Shown here: positions 44,472 to 55,048 of the stretch, piece after piece | How positions within the stretch are numbered: the stretch's first letter is position 1 | Layout: every line of letters starts with the position of its first letter | Assembly (NCBI GenBank): GCA_965658695.1 | Contig: CBFHTR010000002.1 | Location: 58,843 to 122,842, forward strand | Length of the DNA stretch: 64,000 nt | Reading direction: 5' to 3' | From: Spiribacter sp. | GTDB taxonomy: Bacteria; Pseudomonadota; Gammaproteobacteria; Nitrococcales; Nitrococcaceae | The notes under the pieces: model-generated | Told to the model about the DNA's origin: nothing | Databases searched by the model: none | The model's input: only the letters and a program-made list of their open reading frames with translations | Position numbers and translations under genes: made by a program

Positions 44472-45191
44472 TCACCCTCTCTCCACCCGGGTGCCAATCG
44501 CATCTCCATCGATAATACTGGCAAGTGCACCGGGGCGGTTAATATCGAAAACCACGATGGGCATATTCTGATCTCGGCACATCACAATGGCTGTGGCATC
44601 CATAACCGAGAGACGCTGATCGAGCACCTGGTCGTAGGTGAGGTAGTCATAGCGCGTTGCCGTTGGATCCTTCACCGGATCGGCCGAGTAGACGCCATCG
44701 ACTTTAGTTGCCTTGAGCATCAAATCAGCACCGATTTCCACAGCGCGCAGACTGGCTGCTGAATCCGTGGTAAAGAACGGATTGCCGGTACCGGCGGCGA
44801 GGATCACGACGCGTCCTTTCTCTAAGTGACGAATAGCGCGACGGCGGATGTAGTCTTCACAAACCTGGTTGATCTTGATGGCCGACATCACGCGGGTGAA
44901 GACACCCTCGCGCTCGAGCGCATCCTGCATGGCCAGACCATTCATGACGGTTGCCAGCATGCCCATGTGATCGGCGCTAACCCGATCCATCCCAGATTCG
45001 GCAAGGCCCGCACCGCGGAAGATGTTGCCCCCGCCGATCACCAGCGCCACTTCAACGCCGCGATCGATAAGGGCATGGACCTCTGCAGCCAATCGGCGCA
45101 AGACCACAGGATCAATTCCGTAATCGGCGTCACCGAGGAGCGCCTCCCCGCTCAACTTGAGCAGAATGCGTCGATACTTCGGTTCAGCCAT
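44472..45191 (-). CDS. pyrH: UMP kinase
   Basis: [35 protein letters not shown]. Confidence 0.98.
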   Translation of the reverse strand: MAEPKYRRILLKLSGEALLGDADYGIDPVVLRRLAAEVHALIDRGVEVALVIGGGNIFRGAGLAESGMDRVSADHMGMLATVMNGLAMQDALEREGVFTRVMSAIKINQVCEDYIRRRAIRHLEKGRVVILAAGTGNPFFTTDSAASLRAVEIGADLMLKATKVDGVYSADPVKDPTATRYDYLTYDQVLDQRLSVMDATAIVMCRDQNMPIVVFDINRPGALASIIDGDAIGTRVERG

Positions 45192-45200
45192 GGTTTGCTC

Positions 45201-46085
45201 CTAACTGCCTTTAATCGTTGCTGCAACCTCTTCGGCGAAGTTCTCTTCGCGCTTCTCAATGCCTTCGCCAACTTCCAGGCGCACAAACCGAACTACCCGG
45301 GCATTATTGGCTTTGAGCAACGCTTCAACCGTCTGATCCGGATCCTTCACGAACGGCTGACCCAACAGGGTGATCTCCGCCAGCCATTTCCGCAGCCGGC
45401 CCTCGACCATCTTCTCAATGATCTCTTGCGGCTTGCCCGAATCCTGCGCCTGGGCAATCAGGATCTCGCGCTCTTTCTGAGTCTGCTCAGCAGGCACGTC
45501 ATCGACACTGACACACACCGGGCGGCTTGCTGCGATATGCATGCAAAGATCTCGGCCAAGGGCCTCGTCGCCCCCTTCAAGCTCCAGCAAAACACCAATG
45601 CGGCTGCCGTGCAGGTAGTGATAAATCCGTCCGTTGTCACTTGCATAGCGCTGGAAACGGCGGACCTGAATATTCTCGCCGATTTTGGCGACCAACTCTT
45701 TTTGCGCCATCTCGACGGACTCGCCAGCGCCATCAAATGGCATCTGCATCAGCGCATCCAGGTCGGCCGGATCGTCGGCGAGAATACGCTCGACCACTTT
45801 GCCGGAAAAGCTCTGAAAATCGTCGCCATTCGCGACAAAATCGGTCTCGCTGTTAATCTCAACCAATGCGCCGCTGCGGCCATCAGCACCCAGCGTTGCC
45901 ACAACCGCGCCCTCTGCGGCCACGCGATCGGCTTTCTTATCCGCCTTGGCCAGACCGCGTTTGCGCATCTGCTCCACTGCGGCATCCATATCACCATCGG
46001 TCTCAACCAGCGCTTTTTTGCACTCCATCATGCCGGCGCCAGTGCGCTCGCGCAGGTCCTTGACCATTTGTGCGGTAATCGCCAT
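45201..46085 (-). CDS. tsf: Elongation factor Ts
   Basis: [42 protein letters not shown]. Confidence 0.98.
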   Translation of the reverse strand: MAITAQMVKDLRERTGAGMMECKKALVETDGDMDAAVEQMRKRGLAKADKKADRVAAEGAVVATLGADGRSGALVEINSETDFVANGDDFQSFSGKVVERILADDPADLDALMQMPFDGAGESVEMAQKELVAKIGENIQVRRFQRYASDNGRIYHYLHGSRIGVLLELEGGDEALGRDLCMHIAASRPVCVSVDDVPAEQTQKEREILIAQAQDSGKPQEIIEKMVEGRLRKWLAEITLLGQPFVKDPDQTVEALLKANNARVVRFVRLEVGEGIEKREENFAEEVAATIKGS

Positions 46086-46122
46086 TCAAAAATCCTCTAT
46101 CAATCTGACTTCAACCGGCGTG

Positions 46123-47268
46123 TTATTCACCGCCGTCGGTTTTGGTCTCGGCTGCTTTGTCCTCAGACTCTGCCTTGGCCGCAGTTTTCTTAGCCGGTGC
46201 CTTTTTGGCAGCTGGCTTCTTGGCAGCCGTTGTCTTGCTGGCCGTCGTCGACTTCTTGGCCGTCGTGGTCTTCGCGGCTGTTGTCGTCTTTTTAGCCGTA
46301 GTCGCCTTGCTTGTGCTGGCGGCTTTCTTAGCCGGTGCCTTTTTTGCTGCAGGCTTTTCAGCTGGCGCCTCGGCGGCCGGTGCCTCAGCAGCAGGCGCCT
46401 CGCTGATAGCTTCCGCAGGCTCGGCTTCAGCTACAGCCGGAGCAGGCTCAGCCGCAGGGGCAGGTTCGGCAGCTGGGACTGGCTCAGGTGCAGGGGCGGG
46501 TTCAGCAGCTGGGACTGGCTCAGCGCTGGCCCCATCAGCGGGTAGCTCCACGAACTCATCACCGCCAGCCGGAGCCGCCTGAGCGGTTGCCATGCGCGCA
46601 TCGATAATCGCGTCCGCTACACCACGCAGATAGAGGCGGACGGCGCGTATGGCATCATCATTGCCTGGGACAACGTAATCAATATCACGCGGACTGTTAT
46701 TGGTATCGACCACGGCCATCACCGGGATACCGAGCTTCTGCGCTTCTTGCACGGCGATTTTTTCGTAACCGACATCAACCACGAACAGGGCGTCCGGCAG
46801 CGCTTCCATATTGACGATGCCGCCAAAAGCGCGCTCAAGCTTGTCCATCTCACGCTGCAGCGAGAGCACCTCACGCTTACCCAACTTGTCAAAGGTGCCA
46901 TCCATCTTCTGCTCTTGGAGCTCTTTGAAACGACGGATTGAGCGCTTGACGGTACGGAAGTTGGTCAGCATGCCACCCAACCAACGGTGGTTGACGTAAG
47001 GCATACCACAACGCTCGGCTTCCTCGCGCACTGGATCGCGCGCAGCCCGCTTGGTGCCAACAAACATCACCCGACCGCCATTGCCAACCAGCTTGCCGGC
47101 AAAGTTAACGGCGTCCTGGTAGAGCGGAAGGGTCTTCTCGAGGTTGACGATATGAATCTTATTGCGTTCACCGAAGATATAAGGGGCCATCTTCGGATCC
47201 CAATAACGGGTCTGGTGACCGAAATGAACACCGGCCTCCAACATCTGACGCATGGTCACTTTGGCCAT
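46123..47268 (-). CDS. rpsB: 30S ribosomal protein S2 with ~155-aa low-complexity C-terminal extension
   Basis: [33 protein letters not shown] core; then EPAPA repeats and a Lys/Ala/Thr/Pro tail. Confidence 0.98.
   Translation of the reverse strand: MAKVTMRQMLEAGVHFGHQTRYWDPKMAPYIFGERNKIHIVNLEKTLPLYQDAVNFAGKLVGNGGRVMFVGTKRAARDPVREEAERCGMPYVNHRWLGGMLTNFRTVKRSIRRFKELQEQKMDGTFDKLGKREVLSLQREMDKLERAFGGIVNMEALPDALFVVDVGYEKIAVQEAQKLGIPVMAVVDTNNSPRDIDYVVPGNDDAIRAVRLYLRGVADAIIDARMATAQAAPAGGDEFVELPADGASAEPVPAAEPAPAPEPVPAAEPAPAAEPAPAVAEAEPAEAISEAPAAEAPAAEAPAEKPAAKKAPAKKAASTSKATTAKKTTTAAKTTTAKKSTTASKTTAAKKPAAKKAPAKKTAAKAESEDKAAETKTDGGE
46436..46525 (-). repeat. 18-bp-unit imperfect tandem repeat encoding (A/P)EP(V/A)PA
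   Basis: GCAGCTGGGACTGGCTCAG occurs twice, 36 bp apart, with GCAGGTTC/GCGGGTTC variants; about five hexapeptide units. Confidence 0.8.
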
Positions 47269-47291
47269 GACGTAATCTCCTTAAATTGTAC

Positions 47292-47365
47292 GGGTTAATC
47301 CTCCATGCATCCCGACTGACAACCGCTTGGGCACCCCGTCAGCCGTGACGATGCATGTGTGAAGT
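47292..47365 (-). ncRNA. rpsB leader (t44 / S2 autoregulatory RNA)
   Basis: Minus strand CACACATGCATC...GGGGTGCC...GATGCATGGAGGATTAACCC, the conserved rpsB 5' UTR architecture. Confidence 0.82.
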
Positions 47366-47384
47366 ATTCTCGCATTGCTCTGCG

Positions 47385-47404
47385 AGCGCGCCGTTTATAC
47401 CATA
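47385..47404 (-). promoter_or_regulatory. rpsB extended -10 promoter with GC-rich discriminator
   Basis: TATGGTATAAACGGCGCGC on the minus strand, similar to the conserved gammaproteobacterial rpsB promoter. Confidence 0.75.
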
Positions 47405-47435
47405 GGCGGCTTGATTCGACAATTTGAAAGTCTTC

Positions 47436-48200
47436 ATGACCATCACGATTAAATCCCCGGCAGAGATCGAGAAAATGCGAGCAGCAGGCCGTCGTGCAGC
47501 GGCTGTGCTGGATATGATTGGTGCGCATGTCAAACCTGGCATCACCACCGGCGAACTCGACCAACTCTGCCATGAAAAAATATTGGCGCTGGATTGCATC
47601 CCCGCGCCGCTGAACTACCGCGGCTTTCCGAAAGCTACCTGTATCTCGGTCAATCACGTTATCTGTCACGGCATCCCGGGGACAAAAAAGCTGAAACGCG
47701 GCGATATCCTGAATATTGATGTCACTGTGATTCATGATGGCTGGCATGGGGACACCAGTCGGATGTATTTCGCCGGTGAGCCCGGCATCCAGGCGCGCCG
47801 GGTAACTGACGTGGCCCAGGCCGCTCTTGAAGCCGGGATTGCAGAGGTCCGGCCCGGTGCCCGTCTCGGCGACATCGGGCATGCCGTACAGACACTCGCT
47901 GAGAGCAAAGGCTGCTCTGTGGTACGTGAGTACTGCGGCCATGGCATTGGCCAGGGCTTTCACGAAGAGCCACAAGTGCTGCATTACGGCACCCCAGGAA
48001 CCGGTGAAATCCTGCGGCCGGGAATGACGTTCACGATCGAGCCCATGATCAATGCCGGGGGCGCCGCAACTCGACTGCTTGGCGACCAATGGACGGTGGT
48101 GACGAAAGATCACAGTCTCTCCGCGCAGTGGGAGCACACTGTCGCCGTCACTGAAGATGGCGTCGATATTCTCACTCTGAGTGACAGCGCCGGTGAGTGA
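47436..48200 (+). CDS. map: Methionine aminopeptidase (type I)
   Basis: CISVNHVICHGIP, NIDVT...GDTS, YCGHGIG..FHEEP, TIEPM, AQWEHT. Confidence 0.98.
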   Translation: MTITIKSPAEIEKMRAAGRRAAAVLDMIGAHVKPGITTGELDQLCHEKILALDCIPAPLNYRGFPKATCISVNHVICHGIPGTKKLKRGDILNIDVTVIHDGWHGDTSRMYFAGEPGIQARRVTDVAQAALEAGIAEVRPGARLGDIGHAVQTLAESKGCSVVREYCGHGIGQGFHEEPQVLHYGTPGTGEILRPGMTFTIEPMINAGGAATRLLGDQWTVVTKDHSLSAQWEHTVAVTEDGVDILTLSDSAGE

Positions 48201-50886
48201 GGCCTACGAGATCGATCGTCAGCTGCTGGATTTAGCGGCACTGGACGCCTCGATCAGCGAGGAGCAAGTCCCAGCTGCGCTTCTGCGCGATGCCCTGAAC
48301 AATGCCGACCAAGTGCTCGCAGCCCGATTTCTTGAGGGGACACCGGCGGCAGAGCTCGTGCCGCTGCGCGCACTGGTCATGGATGCCATCGTCACCCGCT
48401 TGTGGATGCATTGCTTAGGCGCGCAGTCGCAACGCGCTTGTCTGGCTGCCGTGGGGGGTTACGGTCGTGGCGAACTGCATCCGGCCTCCGATACCGATCT
48501 GATGGTGATCGTCCCCGCGGCCTCCGATCAGGCGCTGGATAGCGCCATTAGCTGTTTCGTCACCCTGCTTTGGGATATCGGTATCGAAGTCGGCCACAGC
48601 GTGCGCAGCGTACGGGAATGCATCGATGAAGCCGAAAAAGACATCACAGTCGCCACCAACCTCATGGAGGCGCGCTGCCTGATTGGCGATGAGACACTGT
48701 TCACCGCCATGCAGGAATCCACCGATGCCAGACACGTATGGCCCGGGCCCGAATTCTTTGCCGCCAAATGGGCAGAGCAGCAAAAACGCCATGAGCGCTA
48801 TCACGACACGGCTTACAACCTCGAGCCCAACCTAAAAGAAAGCCCTGGCGGGCTGCGCGATATTCACATGGTGGGCTGGGTGGCCAAGCGGCATTTCAAC
48901 GCCCAGTCACTCGACAACCTGGTGGATTTGGGCTTCTTAACGCAAACCGAATACGAAGACCTGATGCAGGGCCAGCATTACCTTTGGGATCTGCGCTTTG
49001 CCCTGCATTTGCTTGCCGGCCGGCGCGAAGACCGGCTGCTGTTTGAATACCAGACTGAGCTTGCCCGTCAGTTTGGCTACAAGGATGCCGAACACACGCT
49101 GGCGGTTGAGCATTTCATGCAGCGCTACTATCGCACCATCATGCGGCTTAATCGCCTGAATGAAATGCTGCTGCAGCTCTACCAGGAAACCATCCTCCTT
49201 GCCGATGTCGATGAAAAACCGCAGCTTTTAAACAAGCGCTTTCAAATCAAGCGTGGCTTTATTGAAGTCACGCATCGCAGCGTATTCCGTCGCTACCCCT
49301 TTGCCATGCTTGAGCTATTCCTGCTCATGCAGCAATACCCGGAAATCCGCGGCATCCGCGCCTCAACCGTGCGCCTGCTGCGAGAGAATCGCGACCGTAT
49401 TGATGAGCGTTTTCGAAAGGATATCCGTGCGCGCAGCCTGTTTATGGAAATACTGCGCCAACCGGTCGGGATCACACATGCGCTTCGCCGCCTGCATGGT
49501 CATGGCATTTTGGGCCGCTATATACCTGCATTCGCCGCGATCACCGGGCGGATGCAGTATGACCTGTTCCACGTCTACACGGTCGATACGCATACGCTGA
49601 TGGTCGTGCGCAATCTGCGCCGCTTAGGCGTGCCCGAGCATCGAGATGAATTCCCGCTACTAAGCGCTATTCATGCACGACTTCCCAAACCCGAGCTGCT
49701 CTACCTTGCGGGGCTGTTTCACGACATTGCCAAGGGCCGTGGCGGCGATCACTCAGAGCTTGGCGCAGAGGATGCGTATGCCTTTTGCCTTACGCATGGG
49801 TTGTCGCGCTATGACGCGCGGTTTGTGGCCTGGCTGGTGCGCAATCATTTGCTGATGTCGATGACCGCCCAGCGCCGCGATATCAGCGACCCTGCCGTGA
49901 TCAATGAATTTGCCAGCGATATGGGCGACCTGAACCATCTCAACTATTTATATCTGCTCACGGTAGCCGACATACGCGCAACGGACCCGAAGCTCTGGAA
50001 CAGCTGGCGTGGCTCGTTGCTGCTTGAGCTGCATTCTCGCGCGGCCCGTGCGCTGCGGCGGGGGCTGGGCCGTCCGATTGACGAAGATGAGCTGGTGGCC
50101 GAGGCGCAAAACCGGGCGCGCGAACTCCTCCGCGCCCGAGGCCTGCACCATATGACGGTGCGCTCTATCTGGCGGCATTTCACGCCGGATTATTTCCTGC
50201 GCTACAGCGCCGAGGAAGTCGCCTGGCATACCGAGGCCATTCATGGCGCCGGCAGCGCAGCGCATGAGCCGCTGGTATTGGTGGAGCTGGGTGAAAAGCG
50301 CGGTGGTATCGAGGTATTCATCTACACCCGTGACCGCGATAACGTCTTTGCCCTCGCCGTCTCGGCGCTCGATCAACTTAATTTAGATATTCTTGATGCC
50401 CGCATTATCACCACCACAAACGGCTACACACTCGATAGCTTTCTTGTCCAACCAAGCCCACCTGCGGAAACCGCCGATGCCGAGCGCGTGGAGATGATTC
50501 GCCAGGCGATGGCTGAGCGACTTCATAACCCGGACGCACTGCCCGAACCCTCAACCCGTGCCGTGCCTCGACGGCTGCGGCATTTCAACACGCCCACGAG
50601 CGTTGAATTCAGTGATGATGAGCGCAACGAACGCACAGTGCTGGAGCTTATCACCGGCGACCAGCCCGGGTTACTGGCCCAGGTCGGTTATCTCTTTGCG
50701 CGCCACGGATTGCGGGTGCAGAACGCTAAGATCTCCACTATTGGTGAGCGCGCAGAGGATGTGTTCTTTATTACCAATGCAGCGAACCAGCCGCTATCAC
50801 TCGAGACTCGGCAGACGCTACGCACCGAGCTGTTGGAAGCGTTTGATGAACAGACCGATCTCATGCGCCGGGGAGACGGAGTCTAG
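48193..50886 (+). CDS. glnD: [Protein-PII] uridylyltransferase
   Basis: AVGGYGRGELHPASDTD, EPNLKESPGGLRD, HVYTVD.H, FHDIAKGRGGDHS, two ACT domains; start GTG 48193 or 48181. Confidence 0.97.
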   Translation: MSEAYEIDRQLLDLAALDASISEEQVPAALLRDALNNADQVLAARFLEGTPAAELVPLRALVMDAIVTRLWMHCLGAQSQRACLAAVGGYGRGELHPASDTDLMVIVPAASDQALDSAISCFVTLLWDIGIEVGHSVRSVRECIDEAEKDITVATNLMEARCLIGDETLFTAMQESTDARHVWPGPEFFAAKWAEQQKRHERYHDTAYNLEPNLKESPGGLRDIHMVGWVAKRHFNAQSLDNLVDLGFLTQTEYEDLMQGQHYLWDLRFALHLLAGRREDRLLFEYQTELARQFGYKDAEHTLAVEHFMQRYYRTIMRLNRLNEMLLQLYQETILLADVDEKPQLLNKRFQIKRGFIEVTHRSVFRRYPFAMLELFLLMQQYPEIRGIRASTVRLLRENRDRIDERFRKDIRARSLFMEILRQPVGITHALRRLHGHGILGRYIPAFAAITGRMQYDLFHVYTVDTHTLMVVRNLRRLGVPEHRDEFPLLSAIHARLPKPELLYLAGLFHDIAKGRGGDHSELGAEDAYAFCLTHGLSRYDARFVAWLVRNHLLMSMTAQRRDISDPAVINEFASDMGDLNHLNYLYLLTVADIRATDPKLWNSWRGSLLLELHSRAARALRRGLGRPIDEDELVAEAQNRARELLRARGLHHMTVRSIWRHFTPDYFLRYSAEEVAWHTEAIHGAGSAAHEPLVLVELGEKRGGIEVFIYTRDRDNVFALAVSALDQLNLDILDARIITTTNGYTLDSFLVQPSPPAETADAERVEMIRQAMAERLHNPDALPEPSTRAVPRRLRHFNTPTSVEFSDDERNERTVLELITGDQPGLLAQVGYLFARHGLRVQNAKISTIGERAEDVFFITNAANQPLSLETRQTLRTELLEAFDEQTDLMRRGDGV

Positions 50887-50887
50887 A

Positions 50888-52111
50888 ATGAGTGATCGAT
50901 ATAATCCTGGAATCGCGAGCCTGCAGCCCTACCCCTTCGAGCGACTGCGCGCTCTGTTGGGCGATGTTAGCCCGCCAACGGATATGGCACCGACGCCGCT
51001 GTCGATTGGCGAGCCGCAGCATCCAACACCGACATTAATTACCCAAGCGCTCGCGGATCATAGCGCCGAGAGCCTGGGCAAATATCCGGCCACCCTGGGC
51101 TTACCTACCCTGCGCGAATGCATCGCGGATTGGTTGATAAAAAGATTTAATTTAATCCCAGAAACCATTGATCCTAATAAAAATATTTTGCCAGCTTCTG
51201 GTACCAGAGAAGCGCTTTTTGCGGTCACACAAGCCCTTCTCAATCCGCAGGAAAAGCCCGCGGTGTTCATGCCCAACCCGTTCTATCAAATCTATGAGGG
51301 CGCAGCGCTTCTCGCCGGTGGGCAACCGGTATTTTTAAATACCAATGAAAGCAGCGACCAGCTCCCCGATCTGCAGTCGGTTAGCAACGCACAATGGCGG
51401 CGCTGCGGGATTATTTACATTTGCACCCCGGGCAACCCCAATGGCCGCGTTATCCCGCAATCATTCTGGGAGCGGCTTTTTGCTCTACAGGACGAGCACG
51501 GTTTTATCATTGCTGCCGATGAATGCTACAGCGAGCTCTATCGTGATGAGGCCGCTCCACCGCTCGGGCTTTTATCCGCCTGCCAGGCCGCCGGCCGAGA
51601 TCGCTTTCCCGGCTGTCTGGTATTCCACAGCCTCTCCAAGCGCTCCAATGCCCCAGGCCTGCGATCGGGGTTTATCGCCGGGGATGACCAACTCATCAAG
51701 GCCTTCGGCCGCTATCGCACTTACCAGGGCTGCGCCCAACCCCTGCACGTGCAAAAAGCAAGCATCGCAGCCTGGCAGGATGAAGCACATGTCCGGGACA
51801 ATCGCGAGGCTTATCGCCGCAAATTCGAGATGGCGGCGACGCTGATACAACCCATTCAGCGCTATCGCGAACCGGAGGCCGGCTTTTATATCTGGCTGCC
51901 GGTGCCCGGTGGCGATGATGAAAGCTTCACGCGCCGGCTTTATCAACACACCGCAGTCACTGTGTTGCCAGGCAGTTACCTCTCGCGCGATACAGCCCAT
52001 GGCAATCCCGGTGCTGGTTATGTCCGCATTGCACTGGTGGCAGCGCCCGCCATCTGCGAGGATGCACTCCATCGTGTAGCAGATTTTCTCAGTAGGGAGA
52101 CCCAGGAATGA
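50888..52111 (+). CDS. dapC: N-succinyldiaminopimelate aminotransferase
   Basis: [49 protein letters not shown]; real start ATG 50888. Confidence 0.93.
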   Translation: MSDRYNPGIASLQPYPFERLRALLGDVSPPTDMAPTPLSIGEPQHPTPTLITQALADHSAESLGKYPATLGLPTLRECIADWLIKRFNLIPETIDPNKNILPASGTREALFAVTQALLNPQEKPAVFMPNPFYQIYEGAALLAGGQPVFLNTNESSDQLPDLQSVSNAQWRRCGIIYICTPGNPNGRVIPQSFWERLFALQDEHGFIIAADECYSELYRDEAAPPLGLLSACQAAGRDRFPGCLVFHSLSKRSNAPGLRSGFIAGDDQLIKAFGRYRTYQGCAQPLHVQKASIAAWQDEAHVRDNREAYRRKFEMAATLIQPIQRYREPEAGFYIWLPVPGGDDESFTRRLYQHTAVTVLPGSYLSRDTAHGNPGAGYVRIALVAAPAICEDALHRVADFLSRETQE

Positions 52112-52926
52112 GTTCGATTCAGGCAACGATTGAACAGGCCTTTGAGCAGCGCGAATCCATCAGCGCTGATAACGCATCGGCTGAAATCCGCGACGCCGTT
52201 GAGGCCGCATTGCAACAGCTCGATAGCGGCAAGGCCCGGGTGGCGGAGAAAGTGGGTGACCACTGGCAGGTCAATCAATGGCTGAAAAAAGCGGTGTTGT
52301 TGTCGTTTCGCCTCAACCCCAATGCGCGCATTCGCGGCGCAGAGACGGATTACTTTGACAAAGTTGCCCTGAAATACGCCGACTACAACAGCGCCGATTT
52401 TGCGGCCGATGGCGTGCGAGTGGTACCACCAGCTGCCGCACGACGCGGCTCATACATTGCCTCGGGCGTGGTGCTGATGCCCTCCTACGTCAACATTGGC
52501 GCCTACGTCGATAGCGGCACCATGGTTGATACCTGGGCGACGGTCGGCTCTTGTGCGCAGATTGGCAAAAACGTCCATCTCTCGGGCGGCGTTGGCATTG
52601 GCGGGGTGCTTGAGCCACTGCAGGCCAACCCAACCATTATTGAAGACAATTGCTTTATTGGAGCCCGCTCTGAGATCGTCGAGGGCGTCATCGTGCGCGA
52701 AGGCGCCGTCATCTCGATGGGCGTCTATATTGGCCAGAGCACGAAAATCTATAACCGCGAGACCGGCGAAGTCAGTTATGGCGAGGTGCCTGCCGGTGCT
52801 GTGGTCGTCCCGGGCAGCTTGCCAGCAGCCGATGGCAGTCACAGCCTCTACTGCGCAGTGATCATCAAGCAAGTCGATGCCAAGACGCGGGCTAAAGTGG
52901 GCATCAACGAGCTGCTGCGCCCCTGA
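52108..52926 (+). CDS. dapD: Tetrahydrodipicolinate N-succinyltransferase
   Basis: [47 protein letters not shown]. Confidence 0.98.
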   Translation: MSSIQATIEQAFEQRESISADNASAEIRDAVEAALQQLDSGKARVAEKVGDHWQVNQWLKKAVLLSFRLNPNARIRGAETDYFDKVALKYADYNSADFAADGVRVVPPAAARRGSYIASGVVLMPSYVNIGAYVDSGTMVDTWATVGSCAQIGKNVHLSGGVGIGGVLEPLQANPTIIEDNCFIGARSEIVEGVIVREGAVISMGVYIGQSTKIYNRETGEVSYGEVPAGAVVVPGSLPAADGSHSLYCAVIIKQVDAKTRAKVGINELLRP

Positions 52927-52929
52927 GTT

Positions 52930-54090
52930 ATGAGCCAGGAAACATCCCCTACTGTTGAGTTGGCCTTGGAGCTAATCTCCCGGGCCTCTGTCACACCGGA
53001 GGATGGCGGCTGCCAGCTGCTGATTGCCGAGCGCCTGGAGGCCCTTGGTTTTGACAGCTACTGGCTGCCACAGGGTGATGTCAGCAATTTGCTGTGCCTG
53101 CGTGGGGCGAAGGGGCCGCTGTTGCTTTTCCTGGGCCACACCGATGTCGTACCGCCTGGGGATACCCAAAAATGGACAAGCCCGCCGTTCTCACCGCAAA
53201 TCCGCGAAGGATTGCTCTACGGCCGCGGCAGCGCGGATATGAAAGGCAGCGTTGCTGCCTTTGTTACCGCCTGCGAGCGACTGTTTAACGAGCACAACGT
53301 ACATCCCGATCACATGCGCATCGGTGTTTTACTAACCAGCGACGAAGAGGGCCCGGCCATCGACGGTATCCGGGCGGTGGCCGAGACACTGAGCGATCTC
53401 ACAGGCCCTATCGACTGGTGCCTAGTCGGCGAGCCAAGCAGCGAGCAGGCCCTGGGCGATAGCATTCGGGTGGGGCGTCGCGGCTCGCTGAGTGGCGAGA
53501 TCACCATTGAAGGCCAACAAGGCCACGTTGCCTACCCGGATTTGGCCGACAATCCGCTGCACCGGCTGATGCCAGTGCTCAGTCAGCTCGCTGCAATACA
53601 ATGGGATGAGGGCACCGCGGAGTTCCCGCCGACTACATTGCAGATAACAGGATTAGATACGGACACCGATGAGCGCAATGTCATCCCGGGCGTGGCGCGG
53701 GCACGATTCAACCTGCGCTTCTCGCCGGCATTGAGCGCGGCTGATATCCAAACCCGCATAGAGCAGCTACTCGCGCAGCATGCCGAACGAGGTCGGATTG
53801 AATGGATGCACTCCGCAGACCCATTTAGCGCGCCGGCCGGGCCACTGCGTGAGACCGTCATGCAGGCAGTTGCGGCAGCCACAGGACTAAAACCGCGGCC
53901 CAACACCGCGGGTGGAACATCGGATGGGCGTTTTATTGCACCGCTTGGTGCCGAGGTAGTTGAACTGGGCCCGGTAAATGCCAGCATTCACCAGATCGAT
54001 GAGCATGTTGATATTCAGTCTCTGGAGAAACTCAGCGAGATTTATCAGGCAGTTATTGAGCGTCTGGCGCACTCCCACGCGCCATCCTAA
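52930..54090 (+). CDS. dapE: Succinyl-diaminopimelate desuccinylase
   Basis: SVTP.D.GCQ, GHTDVVP, GRGSADMKG, SDEEG, GRRGS, QGHVAYP, GGTSDGRF. Confidence 0.97.
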   Translation: MSQETSPTVELALELISRASVTPEDGGCQLLIAERLEALGFDSYWLPQGDVSNLLCLRGAKGPLLLFLGHTDVVPPGDTQKWTSPPFSPQIREGLLYGRGSADMKGSVAAFVTACERLFNEHNVHPDHMRIGVLLTSDEEGPAIDGIRAVAETLSDLTGPIDWCLVGEPSSEQALGDSIRVGRRGSLSGEITIEGQQGHVAYPDLADNPLHRLMPVLSQLAAIQWDEGTAEFPPTTLQITGLDTDTDERNVIPGVARARFNLRFSPALSAADIQTRIEQLLAQHAERGRIEWMHSADPFSAPAGPLRETVMQAVAAATGLKPRPNTAGGTSDGRFIAPLGAEVVELGPVNASIHQIDEHVDIQSLEKLSEIYQAVIERLAHSHAPS

Positions 54091-55045
54091 CCAAAGCCTG
54101 CGCAGCAGACTGACCACTGCGCCAAGCACCCTCAACACGCCCATCCGTAACCCAGTCTCCGGCGCAAAGCACATCGTCACTTGCCAGGTAACCCGTTTGC
54201 TCACCCAGTGCATTTCGAGCGCGGGCAAACCGCCAGCGATGCGCAATCTGCCCGGTGGCATGAACACGGCGGTGAGCCAGGTCGCTGAATGCTTCGGTTA
54301 AATGCGCCGAGACGGCTTCCTCGGGCCATTCCAGATTGGCCTCACTCCAAGCCGCTGTCGCATGCAAAATCCAGGTCTCCGGCCAATGCGGGCGATCAGG
54401 CCGGGAGCCTGAGCGCGCCACCCAGCCAAGCGGGCCACTGCTGGGGAAACCGGCAGAGAAATCAAGCTCTAGGGCATGTTCAAGCACCAACCCAACGGCC
54501 CAGCAGGGCTGCATACGCGCAGCCCCCACCTGGGCGGCCAGCCCGGGACAGGGTTCGGCCAGCAGTGACTGCGCCTGCGGGGCTGGTGCGGTGACTAATA
54601 CCGCATCGTATTCACCCAGCACATCACCGTGGCGCTCACGCAGCACCCAGCCACCGAGTTCGCGGGTCATTTCGCTAATCTGCACCCCGCAACGCACATC
54701 CAGATCACCCGCCAGGTGCTTGGCAAGCGCTGACATGCGTGGTTTAGCCACCAAACGGGATTGTGCGCTTGCTGGTTGCCGCTCGGGCAACACCCATGGG
54801 TTGACCGACCATGGAGCAACCACATCATCGGCTTCCCATTGCGCCACTGCGCTGCGGAATGCGCGGTCGCGCGCCGTAAAATACTGTGCGCCCAAGTCAA
54901 TGGAGCCCCATTCAGTCCGCTTGCTGACCATGCGACCACCTGGGCCACGGCCTTTGTCGTAGATCACCGCTTCTACGCCGGCCTCACGCAAAGTTGAGCC
55001 GGCGCTCAGGCCTGCTATGCCAGCACCGATAATCGCTATGCGCAT
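54053..55045 (-). CDS. Renalase-like FAD-dependent oxidoreductase
   Basis: IGAGIAG, DKGRGPGGRM, DLGAQYFTARD, HRWRFA, GDW...GRVEGAW.SG, the motif set of bacterial renalase. Confidence 0.85.
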   Translation of the reverse strand: MRIAIIGAGIAGLSAGSTLREAGVEAVIYDKGRGPGGRMVSKRTEWGSIDLGAQYFTARDRAFRSAVAQWEADDVVAPWSVNPWVLPERQPASAQSRLVAKPRMSALAKHLAGDLDVRCGVQISEMTRELGGWVLRERHGDVLGEYDAVLVTAPAPQAQSLLAEPCPGLAAQVGAARMQPCWAVGLVLEHALELDFSAGFPSSGPLGWVARSGSRPDRPHWPETWILHATAAWSEANLEWPEEAVSAHLTEAFSDLAHRRVHATGQIAHRWRFARARNALGEQTGYLASDDVLCAGDWVTDGRVEGAWRSGQSAAQALVRMARGSAPDAQ

Positions 55046-55048
55046 CAC

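Noticed and set aside
46174-46525. Periodic repeats as a CRISPR array or non-coding VNTR
   Set aside because: Units are in-frame, degenerate mainly at synonymous positions, lack unique spacers and encode the S2 tail.
44826-46545. Long + strand ORFs (455 aa, 199 aa, 146 aa) antisense to pyrH, tsf and rpsB
   Set aside because: Shadows of highly expressed or low-complexity genes; no independent coding evidence.
50558-50887. 110-aa N-terminal extension on DapC in the ORF track (similar overextensions for recJ, alaC, lpxA, cdsA, frr, dnaK)
   Set aside because: It overlaps glnD in another frame; family-typical starts lie downstream.
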